Assembly (NCBI GenBank): GCA_016182185.1
Contig: JACOXU010000003.1
Span: 123,881-187,880 of the forward strand
DNA: 64,000 bases
Origin: Candidatus Levyibacteriota bacterium
GTDB lineage: Bacteria; Patescibacteriota; Microgenomatia; Levybacterales; UBA12049
Direction: 5' to 3'
In this document: piece after piece, positions 17,662 to 29,140 of the stretch
How positions within the stretch are numbered: the first letter of the stretch is position 1
Layout of the letters: every line of letters starts with the position of its first letter
Notes under the pieces: generated by a model
The model's database searches: none
What the model saw: only the letters and a program-made list of their open reading frames with translations
Told to the model about the DNA's origin: nothing
Made by a program: the position numbers and the translations under genes

Positions 17662-20253
17662 ATGGGAAATCCTTTGCAGAAGGTAGTTGAACTTATTAAA
17701 ACATCAAGCCCCAAAAGGACAATAAGCATAATTGTCATCCTTATCATCGCCGCCGCCGTACCTCTCACTGTCATTGTTTCCCAACAACAGCAGGAAATCC
17801 GTCAGCGTGCAGCAGACTGTACAAACGGAATAATATCTGGAAGAGTCTTTTATGATAACAATCCCGAAAATGGCGTTTTTGACCCTACAGAACAAGGTTT
17901 CGATTTAATCGGACAACCAAATGTTGCCCAGGTGAACATGTGGAATAACGACACTGGAATAGCACTCAACAAAGATATAAGCGCCGGAAATGGTGTCTAT
18001 CAATTTACAGCCTCTACCAATAGAGATGGTTACCGCCTAAGATTTACTGCTCCCACGGGGTACAGGATCACAACGCCCCAAAATATTTCTCCATGGCAAG
18101 TAAGTCCGAGATCTGACGGGCGCTGGCAGGCAGATTACCCTGCCTTAAGACTCCCTCCATGTGCGCAAATATACGATTTTGGAATTACCAACGGTCAACC
18201 TCCTACGCCAACTGCTACACCTCCTCCAATCTCAAGCTGTGGTACAAATGGAAATGTTGTTTTTGACAATAAATCTTCGAGTCTCACAACTACAGCGGGC
18301 GCACCCACGACTCTTACGTGGAACCATACTGTGGGCTCTGGAAATAGTCGGCTATTGATTGTCGGGGTTAATCTTCGCACGTCTTCGGGAGGAAATATCA
18401 CTTCTGTTAGAGCCAACAATCAAAACTTGACTCGAATAGGAAATGTAATAAGTGTAGGCGGAACCTCAAGTCCGACAAGTAACTCCATGTGGTACTTACT
18501 TAATCCTCCCAGCGGTTTAGTGTCAATTTCGGTCACGGCAGACAGAAGTCTGACTATCTCAGCCGGTGCTTCAAGCTGGTCCAATGTAGACCCGAATAAT
18601 CCTTTGGGCAACTCAGTCGCAAATACAGGCAACAACTCCAATCCCAATCTATCAATAGCAGGACCTGCTTGCGGTGTTGTAGTTGATAATCTTGCCACAC
18701 CTATCGGCGACTGTCCTCAAACTCCATCTCCTGATTCGCTTCAGACCCTGCTTTGGAGCGTGAATGTGCCTGGAGATAATCTCTCTGATCAGGGAGGAAA
18801 GGGTCAAAGCGCAGGCAGTTATAAACAATCAGCTACTCAGACAACTATGTGGTGGAATAATGCTTGCAGCGGAGCTTGGGCTTTAAAAGCCGTTCCGGTA
18901 GCGGCATTTGAACCCACTCCCACACCAACAAATATTCCGACACCGACACCTACTCTAGTTGCTGGTGCCAAACCTCCCCCTTGTTTTGTCCCTGCTTCGC
19001 TTCTAAGTCAACTCGGGCTCCCAACTACTGCTGTAAGAGGCTATGGAGATGTTGATTTGGATGGTGATGTTGACATGACTGATGCTACCAAAATATTAAA
19101 TTTTGTTGCTCTAATTCCACCGCTTCCTTCACCTCTTCAAATTGAAGTGGCTGATGTTGATTCAACTTGGGGTGTTCTTTCCAATGCGTCAAGCATAACC
19201 TCAGTTGATTCACTCATGGTTCAAAGATATTTACAAAACTTACCCATACCATCACAATATAATCCACCGAACTCAAATACAATAAGTCTGCCGGTTTGTT
19301 TAGGCCAGCCTACAATCACGCCAACCCAACCGCCAACCCCTATTCCAACTACTATCAGGACGCCAACTCCAACCACTACGCCTCAGTGTACATCCGGTCA
19401 AACATGCACTGCATGTACTGCACCTGCTAATACTTGTAATGGTTCAGGCACTCAAAGCTGTACTCTGACAACAACCTCTACTGGATCTACAAACTGCCAG
19501 CAAGTTACGACTCATAATATTTCCTGTACCGGCGCGCCGGCCAACTGCACAAATGGTAATGTTTGTGTAAGTAACGCCTGTGTTGCTCCAACCGGAGTGC
19601 CCACGGCAACTGTTGTACCCACCCTGACGAAGCCTCCAGGAGTTACTGTTACAGAAGCGCCAAGAATAAGCCCGACCGCTGTTCCGACTATTCCAACCGG
19701 TAATACAGTCTTTGCCCTAAACATTGGACTTGATGGAATTGGAACTGTCGGAGATAATGTCAATCCGAATAATTCGAGTGGCTCCAATAAAAATCCATTG
19801 AGAACATCAAGAAGCGTAACTATTCAGGTGTTTGATAACAACAACACCGAGGTAGCAAATAAGTCCGGCACGCTTACCTATCAAACAGGAAGCGGCAGAT
19901 TTACCGGAAATGTGGATATGGATAGGCTTGCAAGCGCAAATTACAATGTCAAAGTAAAATCTCCAGGCTATCTAAGACGTCTTATTCCTGGAATTCAAAA
20001 TGTGACTGCCGGTCAGGCGTTTAATCTCCCGAATGAAAACTTGGTTACGGGCGATATCAACGGGGACAATGCAATTAATATTCTGGACTACAATATATTT
20101 ATAAGCTGTTCTATCTTCAGTAAAGACGGACAAGCAGTCTGCAACCAGAACCCTGACTACAAAACGCTCTCTGACCTTGATGACAACGGGGCAACTGATC
20201 AGTTTGATTACAATCTGTTTGTCAGAGAACTTTCAGTCCAAAACGGAGATTGA
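17662..20253 (+). CDS. Modular surface protein: SdrD-B-like Ig fold, beta-sandwich module, two dockerin-like domains, Cys-rich and PT-rich linkers
   Basis: TM + QQQQEIRQRAA; ISGRVFYDNN..NG.FD..E; GDVDLDGDVDMTDA; GDINGDNAINILDY...DLDDNGATDQFDY. Confidence 0.8.
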   Translation: MGNPLQKVVELIKTSSPKRTISIIVILIIAAAVPLTVIVSQQQQEIRQRAADCTNGIISGRVFYDNNPENGVFDPTEQGFDLIGQPNVAQVNMWNNDTGIALNKDISAGNGVYQFTASTNRDGYRLRFTAPTGYRITTPQNISPWQVSPRSDGRWQADYPALRLPPCAQIYDFGITNGQPPTPTATPPPISSCGTNGNVVFDNKSSSLTTTAGAPTTLTWNHTVGSGNSRLLIVGVNLRTSSGGNITSVRANNQNLTRIGNVISVGGTSSPTSNSMWYLLNPPSGLVSISVTADRSLTISAGASSWSNVDPNNPLGNSVANTGNNSNPNLSIAGPACGVVVDNLATPIGDCPQTPSPDSLQTLLWSVNVPGDNLSDQGGKGQSAGSYKQSATQTTMWWNNACSGAWALKAVPVAAFEPTPTPTNIPTPTPTLVAGAKPPPCFVPASLLSQLGLPTTAVRGYGDVDLDGDVDMTDATKILNFVALIPPLPSPLQIEVADVDSTWGVLSNASSITSVDSLMVQRYLQNLPIPSQYNPPNSNTISLPVCLGQPTITPTQPPTPIPTTIRTPTPTTTPQCTSGQTCTACTAPANTCNGSGTQSCTLTTTSTGSTNCQQVTTHNISCTGAPANCTNGNVCVSNACVAPTGVPTATVVPTLTKPPGVTVTEAPRISPTAVPTIPTGNTVFALNIGLDGIGTVGDNVNPNNSSGSNKNPLRTSRSVTIQVFDNNNTEVANKSGTLTYQTGSGRFTGNVDMDRLASANYNVKVKSPGYLRRLIPGIQNVTAGQAFNLPNENLVTGDINGDNAINILDYNIFISCSIFSKDGQAVCNQNPDYKTLSDLDDNGATDQFDYNLFVRELSVQNGD

Positions 20254-20330
20254 CAAGAAAAACAAAATATTTAATACTAAATTAAGTGTAGGTTTTGATT
20301 TTTGCCTTTTGAATTTTAAATTTAATTAGT

Positions 20331-20981
20331 ATGTCCAGACGAACAATTATATTAATCATAGCACTTGTCGGTATAACAGGAATCTTACTTGCTATTGCCC
20401 TGACTCAAAAAAAGGGTCCGGGACCTTCTGTGACTAAACCTTCGCCTCAGGTTCAGGTGCCTTACGCTCATACGTCGCTTGAGATAAGCAGTAATCCCGT
20501 TTCCCAGGCAACTTCTTCGGGATCATCCACCTATTCCCTGGATGTGAATATTAACACGGAAACAGATAAGGTGACTGCAGTCCAGCTTGAATTATCTTTC
20601 GACCCCAAGGCAATCTCAAATGTAGATGTTAAACCAGGCACTTTCTTTAAAAATCCTGCCCAACTTATCAAAAGAGTAAATGCTAAGGACGGAACAATCT
20701 CATATGCGCTAGGAATAAATCCCGGAGAAAATGGAATACAAGGAAGTGGAGTCGTTGCCGAAATCTCATATCGGGAAATTGGCCAATCCGGAACTTACAC
20801 CCAGATTAATTTTCTACCCAAAACATTGGTAAGCGCTGAGGGAACGGATAAATCTGTTCTTAAAAAATCAATCGGATCACTAATTATGCTCGGGGGAGCA
20901 AGTCCTGCAAATTCGACTAAGCCCGCCACTTCAGGTGCTATTCCTCAAACGACAAGAACTCAGCCTAATCCTTTTCAATAA
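20331..20981 (+). CDS. Membrane-anchored cohesin-like domain protein
   Basis: N-terminal TM; LDVNINT...VTAVQLELSFDP...G.I.YA...GSGVVAEI pattern. Confidence 0.7.
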   Translation: MSRRTIILIIALVGITGILLAIALTQKKGPGPSVTKPSPQVQVPYAHTSLEISSNPVSQATSSGSSTYSLDVNINTETDKVTAVQLELSFDPKAISNVDVKPGTFFKNPAQLIKRVNAKDGTISYALGINPGENGIQGSGVVAEISYREIGQSGTYTQINFLPKTLVSAEGTDKSVLKKSIGSLIMLGGASPANSTKPATSGAIPQTTRTQPNPFQ

Positions 20982-21718
20982 TCACCCTTCTCCCAGGAAA
21001 CAGCTTTTATAAGAGGAGCGTAAAGATCATCTTCGATGCTTATTTTTAATTCTTCTAATTCTTTTTCTGTAGGATTTCGTGACTGAAAATTGACAAATGG
21101 GACATCTTCAATAATTGCAAGCGGGGTTTGTTCATCTCCCTCACCCATCACGCCAACAGCCGAGGAGGCTAAAGAATCTGCAACATTTAGCTTTTCTGCC
21201 TGAAGTTTTCTTCCGAAGATATCAGGTTTCCCAATATAGCTGTTAAGAGCCGAAAAACCGCTGTGGGCAATTGCTACACCGGTTACTCCCCAGCGAAGAG
21301 GAGTAGTTTTACTGTCAGTAACTATAACTCCCAAATTTTTAATTTTAAATTTTTTCAAAAAATATTCGCGGATTTTATTGGCTGATCTTTGCGGATCTTT
21401 GGGCCAAAGAATATAGTATCCATTTCCGTTTGACTCGTCAATTCCAGCTGAGGCGGTAAAAATACCGCGCTTAATGCTTATAGAAAAATCGTACTTGCTC
21501 ATGTGTCTTGGAAGATAAAACTCTGCCTCTTTTTTTACCAATTCATCTTTAGTTTTACTGCCGATTCTGACCATCCTTCCCTCGCAAATTGAAATTATTT
21601 TGGATGTTACGGCGATTATCGACCTTTCAGGAGTTTTTTTTATATAACGGTCCACAATTTTAAGAATATCCTTATCTTTTTGCGTAATTTTGTGGGTCTT
21701 AACCGAGGTAACTTTCAT
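20975..21718 (-). CDS. CofE-like gamma-glutamyl ligase (putative folate polyglutamylation)
   Basis: TSKIISICEG, AGIDESN, IVTDSKTTPLRWG, DIFGRKL, MGEGDEQTP. Confidence 0.85.
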   Translation of the reverse strand: MKVTSVKTHKITQKDKDILKIVDRYIKKTPERSIIAVTSKIISICEGRMVRIGSKTKDELVKKEAEFYLPRHMSKYDFSISIKRGIFTASAGIDESNGNGYYILWPKDPQRSANKIREYFLKKFKIKNLGVIVTDSKTTPLRWGVTGVAIAHSGFSALNSYIGKPDIFGRKLQAEKLNVADSLASSAVGVMGEGDEQTPLAIIEDVPFVNFQSRNPTEKELEELKISIEDDLYAPLIKAVSWEKGDY

Positions 21719-22134
21719 TAAAGCTCTTCAACAATCCAATCGTCATTCTTTTTTTTTACAAAAACAGGAACAACAGATACTGCGGGGAACATCATTTTGA
21801 CAAGTTCCGCTGTCTTTATTACGTCTTTTTTATGCTTTTCCTCAGAAACCGGATTTCCTGCGCAATCTTCATGTCCCGAAACGACAATATTTTGAGAATG
21901 ATGCTTCTCAATCGATATCAAAATCTTTCCCTTAATAGACTCCATCAGTTCTGACGATCCCGTATCGTTAGCCTTGAAATGATCACCTGATAATAAACCT
22001 ACTAATCCTGCCTCGGTAATCGCATCTGCATATTTGACTCCGAATTTTTCTCTTCCCCACTTGGCAACCGTGCATTCTGATCTTCCATCCATACACCCAA
22101 CGCTTGTAAAAAATGTTTCACCAGCCTTTGACAT
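21718..22134 (-). CDS. Small beta-carbonic-anhydrase-like protein
   Basis: Zn ligands CMDGR...GHEDCAG. Confidence 0.75.
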   Translation of the reverse strand: MSKAGETFFTSVGCMDGRSECTVAKWGREKFGVKYADAITEAGLVGLLSGDHFKANDTGSSELMESIKGKILISIEKHHSQNIVVSGHEDCAGNPVSEEKHKKDVIKTAELVKMMFPAVSVVPVFVKKKNDDWIVEEL

Positions 22135-22209
22135 AAAACTGATAGTACAACAGTTTTCAAAAAAATTCAATTATTGAAAAACGAATAAAATTTGTTATAA
22201 TGACACCTT

Positions 22210-23400
22210 ATGCCAAATCCAGCAGAGCTAGGTCCCAATGGAAAAGATCTTGAAATAAGCGAACTAAGAACTAATATTACTATCGAAGGTCTTCTTCAAG
22301 ACAATCACTCATCAGCTGCAAAAAAGAGAATAAGAACATGGTTTGAGACAAAAGATGCTGGAGAGCTAGACAAACTAAGAATATGCGGTGATTCTAGAGT
22401 AATTCCTCCAAATCCCGACAAAGAAATCATCGTAAATTATATCGCGGGAGGATCAACCCCTGAGCCCGCTTCAGGCATCGTCAATAATCCAGGTGTAAAA
22501 TCAGCTATTATCATGACTCATTTTGATGGTGAAACAGCCACCCTTAAAAAACCTCCTAAAGGCTGTGCGGGCTTAGCAGCAAAAGAAGTTCAGATTCAAA
22601 ATGGAAAAAGTAACCAAAAACTCGACAATTATGTCGAAAAACATATTTGGCATCCTGATCCTGTAGTCCAGGCTGTCATTTCGGCTGAAGAACTTGCCTG
22701 TGAAACAGAAAAACCGGTGCTTGCCGCGACTCAAGATCACAGAGATGGTTCAATCTTTCCCCTCGCTGTTATGTATCCATGGAATAAAAGCGTTATAACT
22801 GTAGCTCCTAGGAGAATAAAAAAGATGCTTCATGGCCGAAGATACATTCCAGAAGAACTTTATGAAGAAGGAATTCCTACGATAGATGTGGACGAAGGCT
22901 TCAAGTTCTATGATTTTTTGGAAGAAAGTAAACGGCGAGTTCTAGAGCTCAAAGATGCTTATCCTGATCTTTATGAAGGATCTAGGGTGCAAAACCCATC
23001 CTTAATTGCCTGGTCAACTTGTGTAGTATCATTTCAAACTCGTTTCCCCATCATTGGGGACAGACCCGGAACTGTGTTTCAGGTATTTGTTTCAAGAACC
23101 AAGGATGATTTAGATAATCTAAAGATTTCTCCAGAAGACCTTCAATCATCTCTTGAGCAAATGGAATTTCCTGTAAAAGCATCTCTTGAAAATCATGCGC
23201 AGAGTAGGAAGTCTTTCGCAAGCACAAATACAATTCTCATTGATACGGAACATTTTGCTCATTCAGTTGCTCTTGCTCTTAGGTTTGTAAGAAAAGAGAG
23301 ATCAATACCAAGATGGCTTGAGCTTCCAAATCACAAAATACTGGTTTCAGAAACCACTGAAGGGGTAATTACTCGAATTGAAGAATTTAAACCACGATAA
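22210..23400 (+). CDS. Hypothetical protein with beta-carbonic-anhydrase-like motifs
   Basis: CGDSR ... MTH-x14-CAG; TTGAAA-16-TATAAT promoter ends 8 nt before ATG. Confidence 0.6.
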   Translation: MPNPAELGPNGKDLEISELRTNITIEGLLQDNHSSAAKKRIRTWFETKDAGELDKLRICGDSRVIPPNPDKEIIVNYIAGGSTPEPASGIVNNPGVKSAIIMTHFDGETATLKKPPKGCAGLAAKEVQIQNGKSNQKLDNYVEKHIWHPDPVVQAVISAEELACETEKPVLAATQDHRDGSIFPLAVMYPWNKSVITVAPRRIKKMLHGRRYIPEELYEEGIPTIDVDEGFKFYDFLEESKRRVLELKDAYPDLYEGSRVQNPSLIAWSTCVVSFQTRFPIIGDRPGTVFQVFVSRTKDDLDNLKISPEDLQSSLEQMEFPVKASLENHAQSRKSFASTNTILIDTEHFAHSVALALRFVRKERSIPRWLELPNHKILVSETTEGVITRIEEFKPR

Positions 23401-23404
23401 TTTG

Positions 23405-23477
23405 TGGGCAGCCGTGGAATCGAACCACGTACCTCTTCTTTATCAGAGAAGCGTTCTAACCGGTGAACTAGCTGCCC
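23405..23477 (-). tRNA. tRNA-Ile(GAT)
   Basis: GGGCAGC acceptor, anticodon arm CTTCT-CTGATAA-AGAAG, GGTTCGATTCC. Confidence 0.95.
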
Positions 23478-23484
23478 AACTTCC

Positions 23485-23859
23485 CTATTCTATCAAATTC
23501 CACACTTCTTTTGGAACCATGTCTTTTTTAAGCTGTCCCTGGGGCTCCCAAACTAGACAATTCATCAGAATTTCCTGAATAAGTCGCAGTTTTCTCAACT
23601 GATCAAGCATTTTCTTTGCCTGTTTGGGATTGGTACCTACAAATTTGTAATACATTCCCACTAATTGATTCAAACGGTTGGATACTGCTTGATAAGTGGC
23701 AATTATTTTACCTTGTCTTGAACGTTTTTGATAAGTCCTGAATTTCTTAAGATTCTGCCATTCTCCTGCCCGTACTTCGATATCAAGATCCAATTCTTTT
23801 TCAGAAAATCCCTGATCGCCTGTTTCGCCATGAAATTTGTCAGCTTCGGGGTTATTCAT
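23485..23859 (-). CDS. Hypothetical protein (helical)
   Basis: 124-aa ORF; its start overlaps the stop of the upstream unannotated ORF. Confidence 0.75.
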   Translation of the reverse strand: MNNPEADKFHGETGDQGFSEKELDLDIEVRAGEWQNLKKFRTYQKRSRQGKIIATYQAVSNRLNQLVGMYYKFVGTNPKQAKKMLDQLRKLRLIQEILMNCLVWEPQGQLKKDMVPKEVWNLIE

Positions 23860-24032
23860 TTTTCTTTCTACCTACTCTTCTTAAAATTTCTCCTCCAACT
23901 GCAGTTCCGACCCCCGCCGCAAAAATTGCAGGATTTGTAACAATGCCGATTATACCAGCAATCACCCCTCCGGCTCTTATGGCACGGCCGGTGTTTTCAA
24001 GAAAAGTCTCCCTCCTGTCGTCTTTCCTTCAT
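23852..24032 (-). CDS. Small Gly/Ala-rich membrane protein missed by the ORF track (needs a +1 shift, TGA read-through or an internal GTG start)
   Basis: ...FLENTGRAIRAGGVIAGIIGIVTNPAIFAAGVGTAVGGEILRRVGRKKNE*; its stop overlaps the ATG of the next gene. Confidence 0.5.
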
Positions 24033-24259
24033 AGCTTATGATCGTCCATAAATTTCTTTTCCTCTTGCATTGTTTTCCATTCCATAAAAGTATTAACTAT
24101 AGCTGCAGAGCTTACAGCCCCGGCCGATGCTAACATACTTTGTTCAAAGAATGAAACGGACGCAACAACTATTATTCCTATAATTCCAAAGTAATCTTTG
24201 ACATCGCTCGCATTTAATTCAGGATAACCTTTAGGCTGATTTTCTTTATTTCTGCCCAT
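24029..24259 (-). CDS. Small membrane protein
   Basis: MGRNKENQ... with hydrophobic segments; the longer track ORF overlaps tRNA-Cys, so the start is moved to 24259. Confidence 0.6.
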   Translation of the reverse strand: MGRNKENQPKGYPELNASDVKDYFGIIGIIVVASVSFFEQSMLASAGAVSSAAIVNTFMEWKTMQEEKKFMDDHKL

Positions 24260-24276
24260 AGAAATAATAATTTGGG

Positions 24277-24349
24277 AGGCGCAGGGGGGAGTTGCACCCC
24301 CGAATAGATGTTCTGCAGACACCCGTGTTAGCTACTTCACCACTGCGCC
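24277..24349 (-). tRNA. tRNA-Cys(GCA)
   Basis: GGCGCAG acceptor, GGTGT-CTGCAGA-ACATC anticodon arm, U discriminator. Confidence 0.93.
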
Positions 24350-24402
24350 ATTGTGGGATAATTTTATCAAAAAACAAGCTGAATTACTATGGAAAGAGGA
24401 TT

Positions 24403-26610
24403 TTATCTCACCATGAAGCTTATCTCAACTGCAGTGAATCCTTTTCGTTCAATTTTTTCTATAACAGGCGGTATGTAAGAATAACTGGGGCTATTATCGA
24501 GATTTTCTATATAAAAAACTATATTTCGATAGGTGTCAGGAGATGGAGCTATTACGAGCGGGAGGATTTTTTTAGATGTCGCATCATCAAACAAAGATAT
24601 AAAAATATAAGAAGAAACTGCTCTCGTTTTTACAAATTCCAGGGTATCGGCAGATTCTTTCTCGTTTAAGCCCAACCGGCTAGATATTTGCTCAATTAAA
24701 TCCTGGACTTTTTCTTTCCTGACTACATATCCCTTAACTGGTTTATCAACATTAATCGCAGGCTCATAATCGAATTTAAAAGAAGAAACTCTTTCATTTC
24801 CGCTTGTAAAAGTACCATCACCATTTAGAATAACATTTAATCCCAAAGCTGGACTATAATTAGTATTTAAAGGATAAATGGCCGTAGTAGAATAAACAGA
24901 AACGCTTTTCCCTTCCTGTCCATACAGATACAATGGGCTGTCAGAGCATGATCCTGCCAAGTCTATCCAGGCATCGTGAAAACACTGTTGAAATTCAGGA
25001 TCTTCGGGATAATCAGGATCCCACACGCGGTTTTTCATGATATCCAATGGGTAATCTTTTCCGAGAATTTCATTGCATTGCGCAGCAGCTCTCGCGTAGC
25101 AAGCATTGGGATTTATGACATGCTTAGGAGCTGAACTTGGTGCCGGCTGAGGAGGCACAGGATCAGATTGCTGAACCAGTCTCTTGGGAGCAAGGGATGG
25201 TTTAAGTTCAAATGTTTGTAGTTGGATTTGGTTTCTTAATTGATCTGTTCCTAGAGAAAGAAGCTTAGACGAAAAATAACCCTGCGGTTTCAGATCAATC
25301 ATTTGCACGAGGCCTTTATCAAGATTCACCGTTGTTCTACTTTGAGCTGGTATATCCAGTAAATACATTGAATTAATTAATTGACTGTACTTCCCGCCAA
25401 GATTTCCCAGTTCTGAATCAGAGGTTGTTTTATCTACAGCAAGATACTTATTTTCAGAAACTAATGTAAGTATGTCCGTCAATTTTGTCCCAGTCGCAAT
25501 GTTATCTAAATTAATTTTTTGAGAGTTATTTGTGCTGACATTATAGAAATACGTGCCAGACAAAGAATCGTTTTTTGAAATTAATCTATAAACAATATTT
25601 CCGGTGAGCCTATCCCAGTTGGGATCTGAAAATATATCGTCGTTACTAGTTGCAAGAAGAGTCTTTTTCTGCCTTGTGGCAAGATCGAAGATTTCAAGCG
25701 TGTTGGATGACAAAATCGCCCTTCTGAATCCGTCAGTCTCCGAAGTTCCAGAACCTTTACGTCCATCGTAGCCTGCAAAAAGCAGTTTCTTGCCGTCCGG
25801 CGATACTTCAGGCTGGGTACTTATCATCCCATTGGTAAGTGAGGGAATATCCTGTTTATTCGTGCCTGTAAAATTTGAAACCGAGACACCGTAACCCCAG
25901 CCAGCACCTGAATTTGGGAGAAATTTATCAGTAAATAAATCTCCGCTGTCAGTTATGGCAATCGGATACGCCAGAGTAACTCCAAGTCCTGAAGTTTCAT
26001 CGTAGATAAGATTTTTTTGTGCTGGATTTGATGTATCAAGTGTATATACCCTTGATTTCCCCCCAAAGAGTGCGCCTCCCTCAGATGGGCTTACTTCCCA
26101 AACTGCCAAATATTTGGAGTTTGGGGAAACGACATAATCATCAATCCCATACCCGCTATCTGCGGTTATAACAGTTGTTTCTGTCTTAGTATCAAATGCT
26201 CTAATTACGACTTGTTTCCCGTAGTCATTTGCATCGGTATCTTTAATATAGCTAATTCTTTTCGAATCTAAAATTTTGACATGTTTTACATTCGATGGAA
26301 GCTCAACAAGTATACCGCTTTGACTTGTTGATAGGTCCAAAACTGAAATTGTTGATTTGTCTTTACTCCAAGATCCATAGATAAATGAAACTGGAGCGAT
26401 GTATGCGGTTTGTGTTTTATTTTTGTCGTCTTGCTGCTGTGGAGGATTATTTGCCTTATCGTTTTGGCTTTTTATAAATATGCCTCCTGCCAAAGAAAAA
26501 ACAACCAGAAAAAAGATTAAAATCCATTTGGCGCTATCAGAACCCAGACCAAAAAACCTTTTGACTTGAGGTGCTTCAGAAGGTAAATTTTGGGCAGTAT
26601 TTTCTTCCAT
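24403..26610 (-). CDS. Membrane-anchored TolB-like beta-propeller protein with a divergent C-terminal KPxIYLYP-type domain
   Basis: TM; VSPNSKYLA, VSPDGKKLLF repeats; SPLYLYG...PDTYRNIVF...GFTAVE. Confidence 0.75.
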   Translation of the reverse strand: MEENTAQNLPSEAPQVKRFFGLGSDSAKWILIFFLVVFSLAGGIFIKSQNDKANNPPQQQDDKNKTQTAYIAPVSFIYGSWSKDKSTISVLDLSTSQSGILVELPSNVKHVKILDSKRISYIKDTDANDYGKQVVIRAFDTKTETTVITADSGYGIDDYVVSPNSKYLAVWEVSPSEGGALFGGKSRVYTLDTSNPAQKNLIYDETSGLGVTLAYPIAITDSGDLFTDKFLPNSGAGWGYGVSVSNFTGTNKQDIPSLTNGMISTQPEVSPDGKKLLFAGYDGRKGSGTSETDGFRRAILSSNTLEIFDLATRQKKTLLATSNDDIFSDPNWDRLTGNIVYRLISKNDSLSGTYFYNVSTNNSQKINLDNIATGTKLTDILTLVSENKYLAVDKTTSDSELGNLGGKYSQLINSMYLLDIPAQSRTTVNLDKGLVQMIDLKPQGYFSSKLLSLGTDQLRNQIQLQTFELKPSLAPKRLVQQSDPVPPQPAPSSAPKHVINPNACYARAAAQCNEILGKDYPLDIMKNRVWDPDYPEDPEFQQCFHDAWIDLAGSCSDSPLYLYGQEGKSVSVYSTTAIYPLNTNYSPALGLNVILNGDGTFTSGNERVSSFKFDYEPAINVDKPVKGYVVRKEKVQDLIEQISSRLGLNEKESADTLEFVKTRAVSSYIFISLFDDATSKKILPLVIAPSPDTYRNIVFYIENLDNSPSYSYIPPVIEKIERKGFTAVEISFMVR

Positions 26611-26639
26611 TACTTAAATAATAGTGGAAAAATATTCGT

Positions 26640-26659
26640 CGGTCAAGAGGTGGTAGGAA
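26640..26659 (-). other. 3' arm of the 16S precursor processing stem (pairs with 28341-28360); also contains the -35 of the next gene
   Basis: CGGTCAAGAGGTGGTAGGAA vs reverse complement of TTCCTACCACTTCCTGACCG, 18/20. Confidence 0.7.
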
Positions 26660-26886
26660 ACTATTGAATAGAATTTATCTACCCTCAGTATAACGGATAG
26701 ATCAAGCGCTATTCATTCTCCCGCCAAAGGCGGGATTCGCTTGTGGCCAATACACTTTCTCGCAAAATTTCTACTCTTAACCTAATTAGAAATTAGAAAA
26801 TTAAAAATTAGAAATTCCACTCCGCGTCAGCGGAGGGGCTTAGGTGTCTTCTCTCAATCCAATACTGAGTAAAATCGAAGTATTAG

Positions 26887-28338
<1,452 letters not shown>

Positions 28339-28678
28339 AATTCCTACCACTTCCTGACCGAGAAACCCTGAGTTTATCGAAGGGTTTCATTTCAAGAAGT
28401 AAATCCAAAATGTGTGCTGATTCACTTTTTAAAGTGCAACTTTTATATAAGATCTTAAGACAATCCACCTTGCCTTACCACTCGGCTTTAGATTCCATTC
28501 GAATACGCCTCGTGGAGCAGCTTTTGGCGGATAATGAATTTTTAATTTTCAAATGAGCATTAAAAATCCCGCCAAAGGCGGGTTCTATATTCCTTTTTTA
28601 GGAACCAGACTTTCGGCGAAAGGTCTTACATATCTTCAAATTTGCTTACCCAGTTAAAGGTTTACAAACAGTAAATCT

Positions 28679-28706
28679 ATTATAGTTGAATATTAATCTT
28701 TGTCAA
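28679..28706 (-). promoter_or_regulatory. Sigma70 promoter of the 16S gene
   Basis: TTGACA-16-TATAAT; boxA-like TGCACTTTAAAAA downstream at ~28426-28438. Confidence 0.75.
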
Positions 28707-29109
28707 GAATCAGTTTGTCTTTCATTGACTGTTAAATTCGATCTTGCCTTATTCAAAAATTCTCTGACTTGATCACTTGACCATCTTTCATATTTTAACC
28801 CTCTTGGTTTTCTCATGCTGTGGTTCGTCTTTCTGACGCTAAAATCCTTAAAAGCAGGCTGTTCTTCGCGCGACAATCTGTTCCAAACTTGCCTGAGAAA
28901 ACTTATATTATGTAAAGATGTGCTTGCCCGTGTTTCATTGTAGCTATCAGCGATTTCCCTTAGATTACTCGGTCCAAAAACCCAAGCAATTCCTATATTT
29001 AATGTTTTTTCAGATATGCCTTCGTACAAAATCCTTTTTCGATAAGTTTTTGAACCAAGTACTGTCTCTGTTGATGACGCTTGGCCGGACTCATCTCTTT
29101 TTCCACCAT
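28703..29109 (-). pseudogene. Hypothetical protein split by a frameshift
   Basis: ATG 29109 frame (MVEKEMSPAK...KLIEKGF) stops at 28999; the -1 frame continues LYEGISEKTLNIG... to 28703. Confidence 0.5.
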
Positions 29110-29140
29110 AGCGTGGATTATAACATAAACATCGACTAAA

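Noticed and set aside
24029-24031. Selenocysteine TGA
   Set aside because: No redox motif context and no convincing SECIS hairpin downstream
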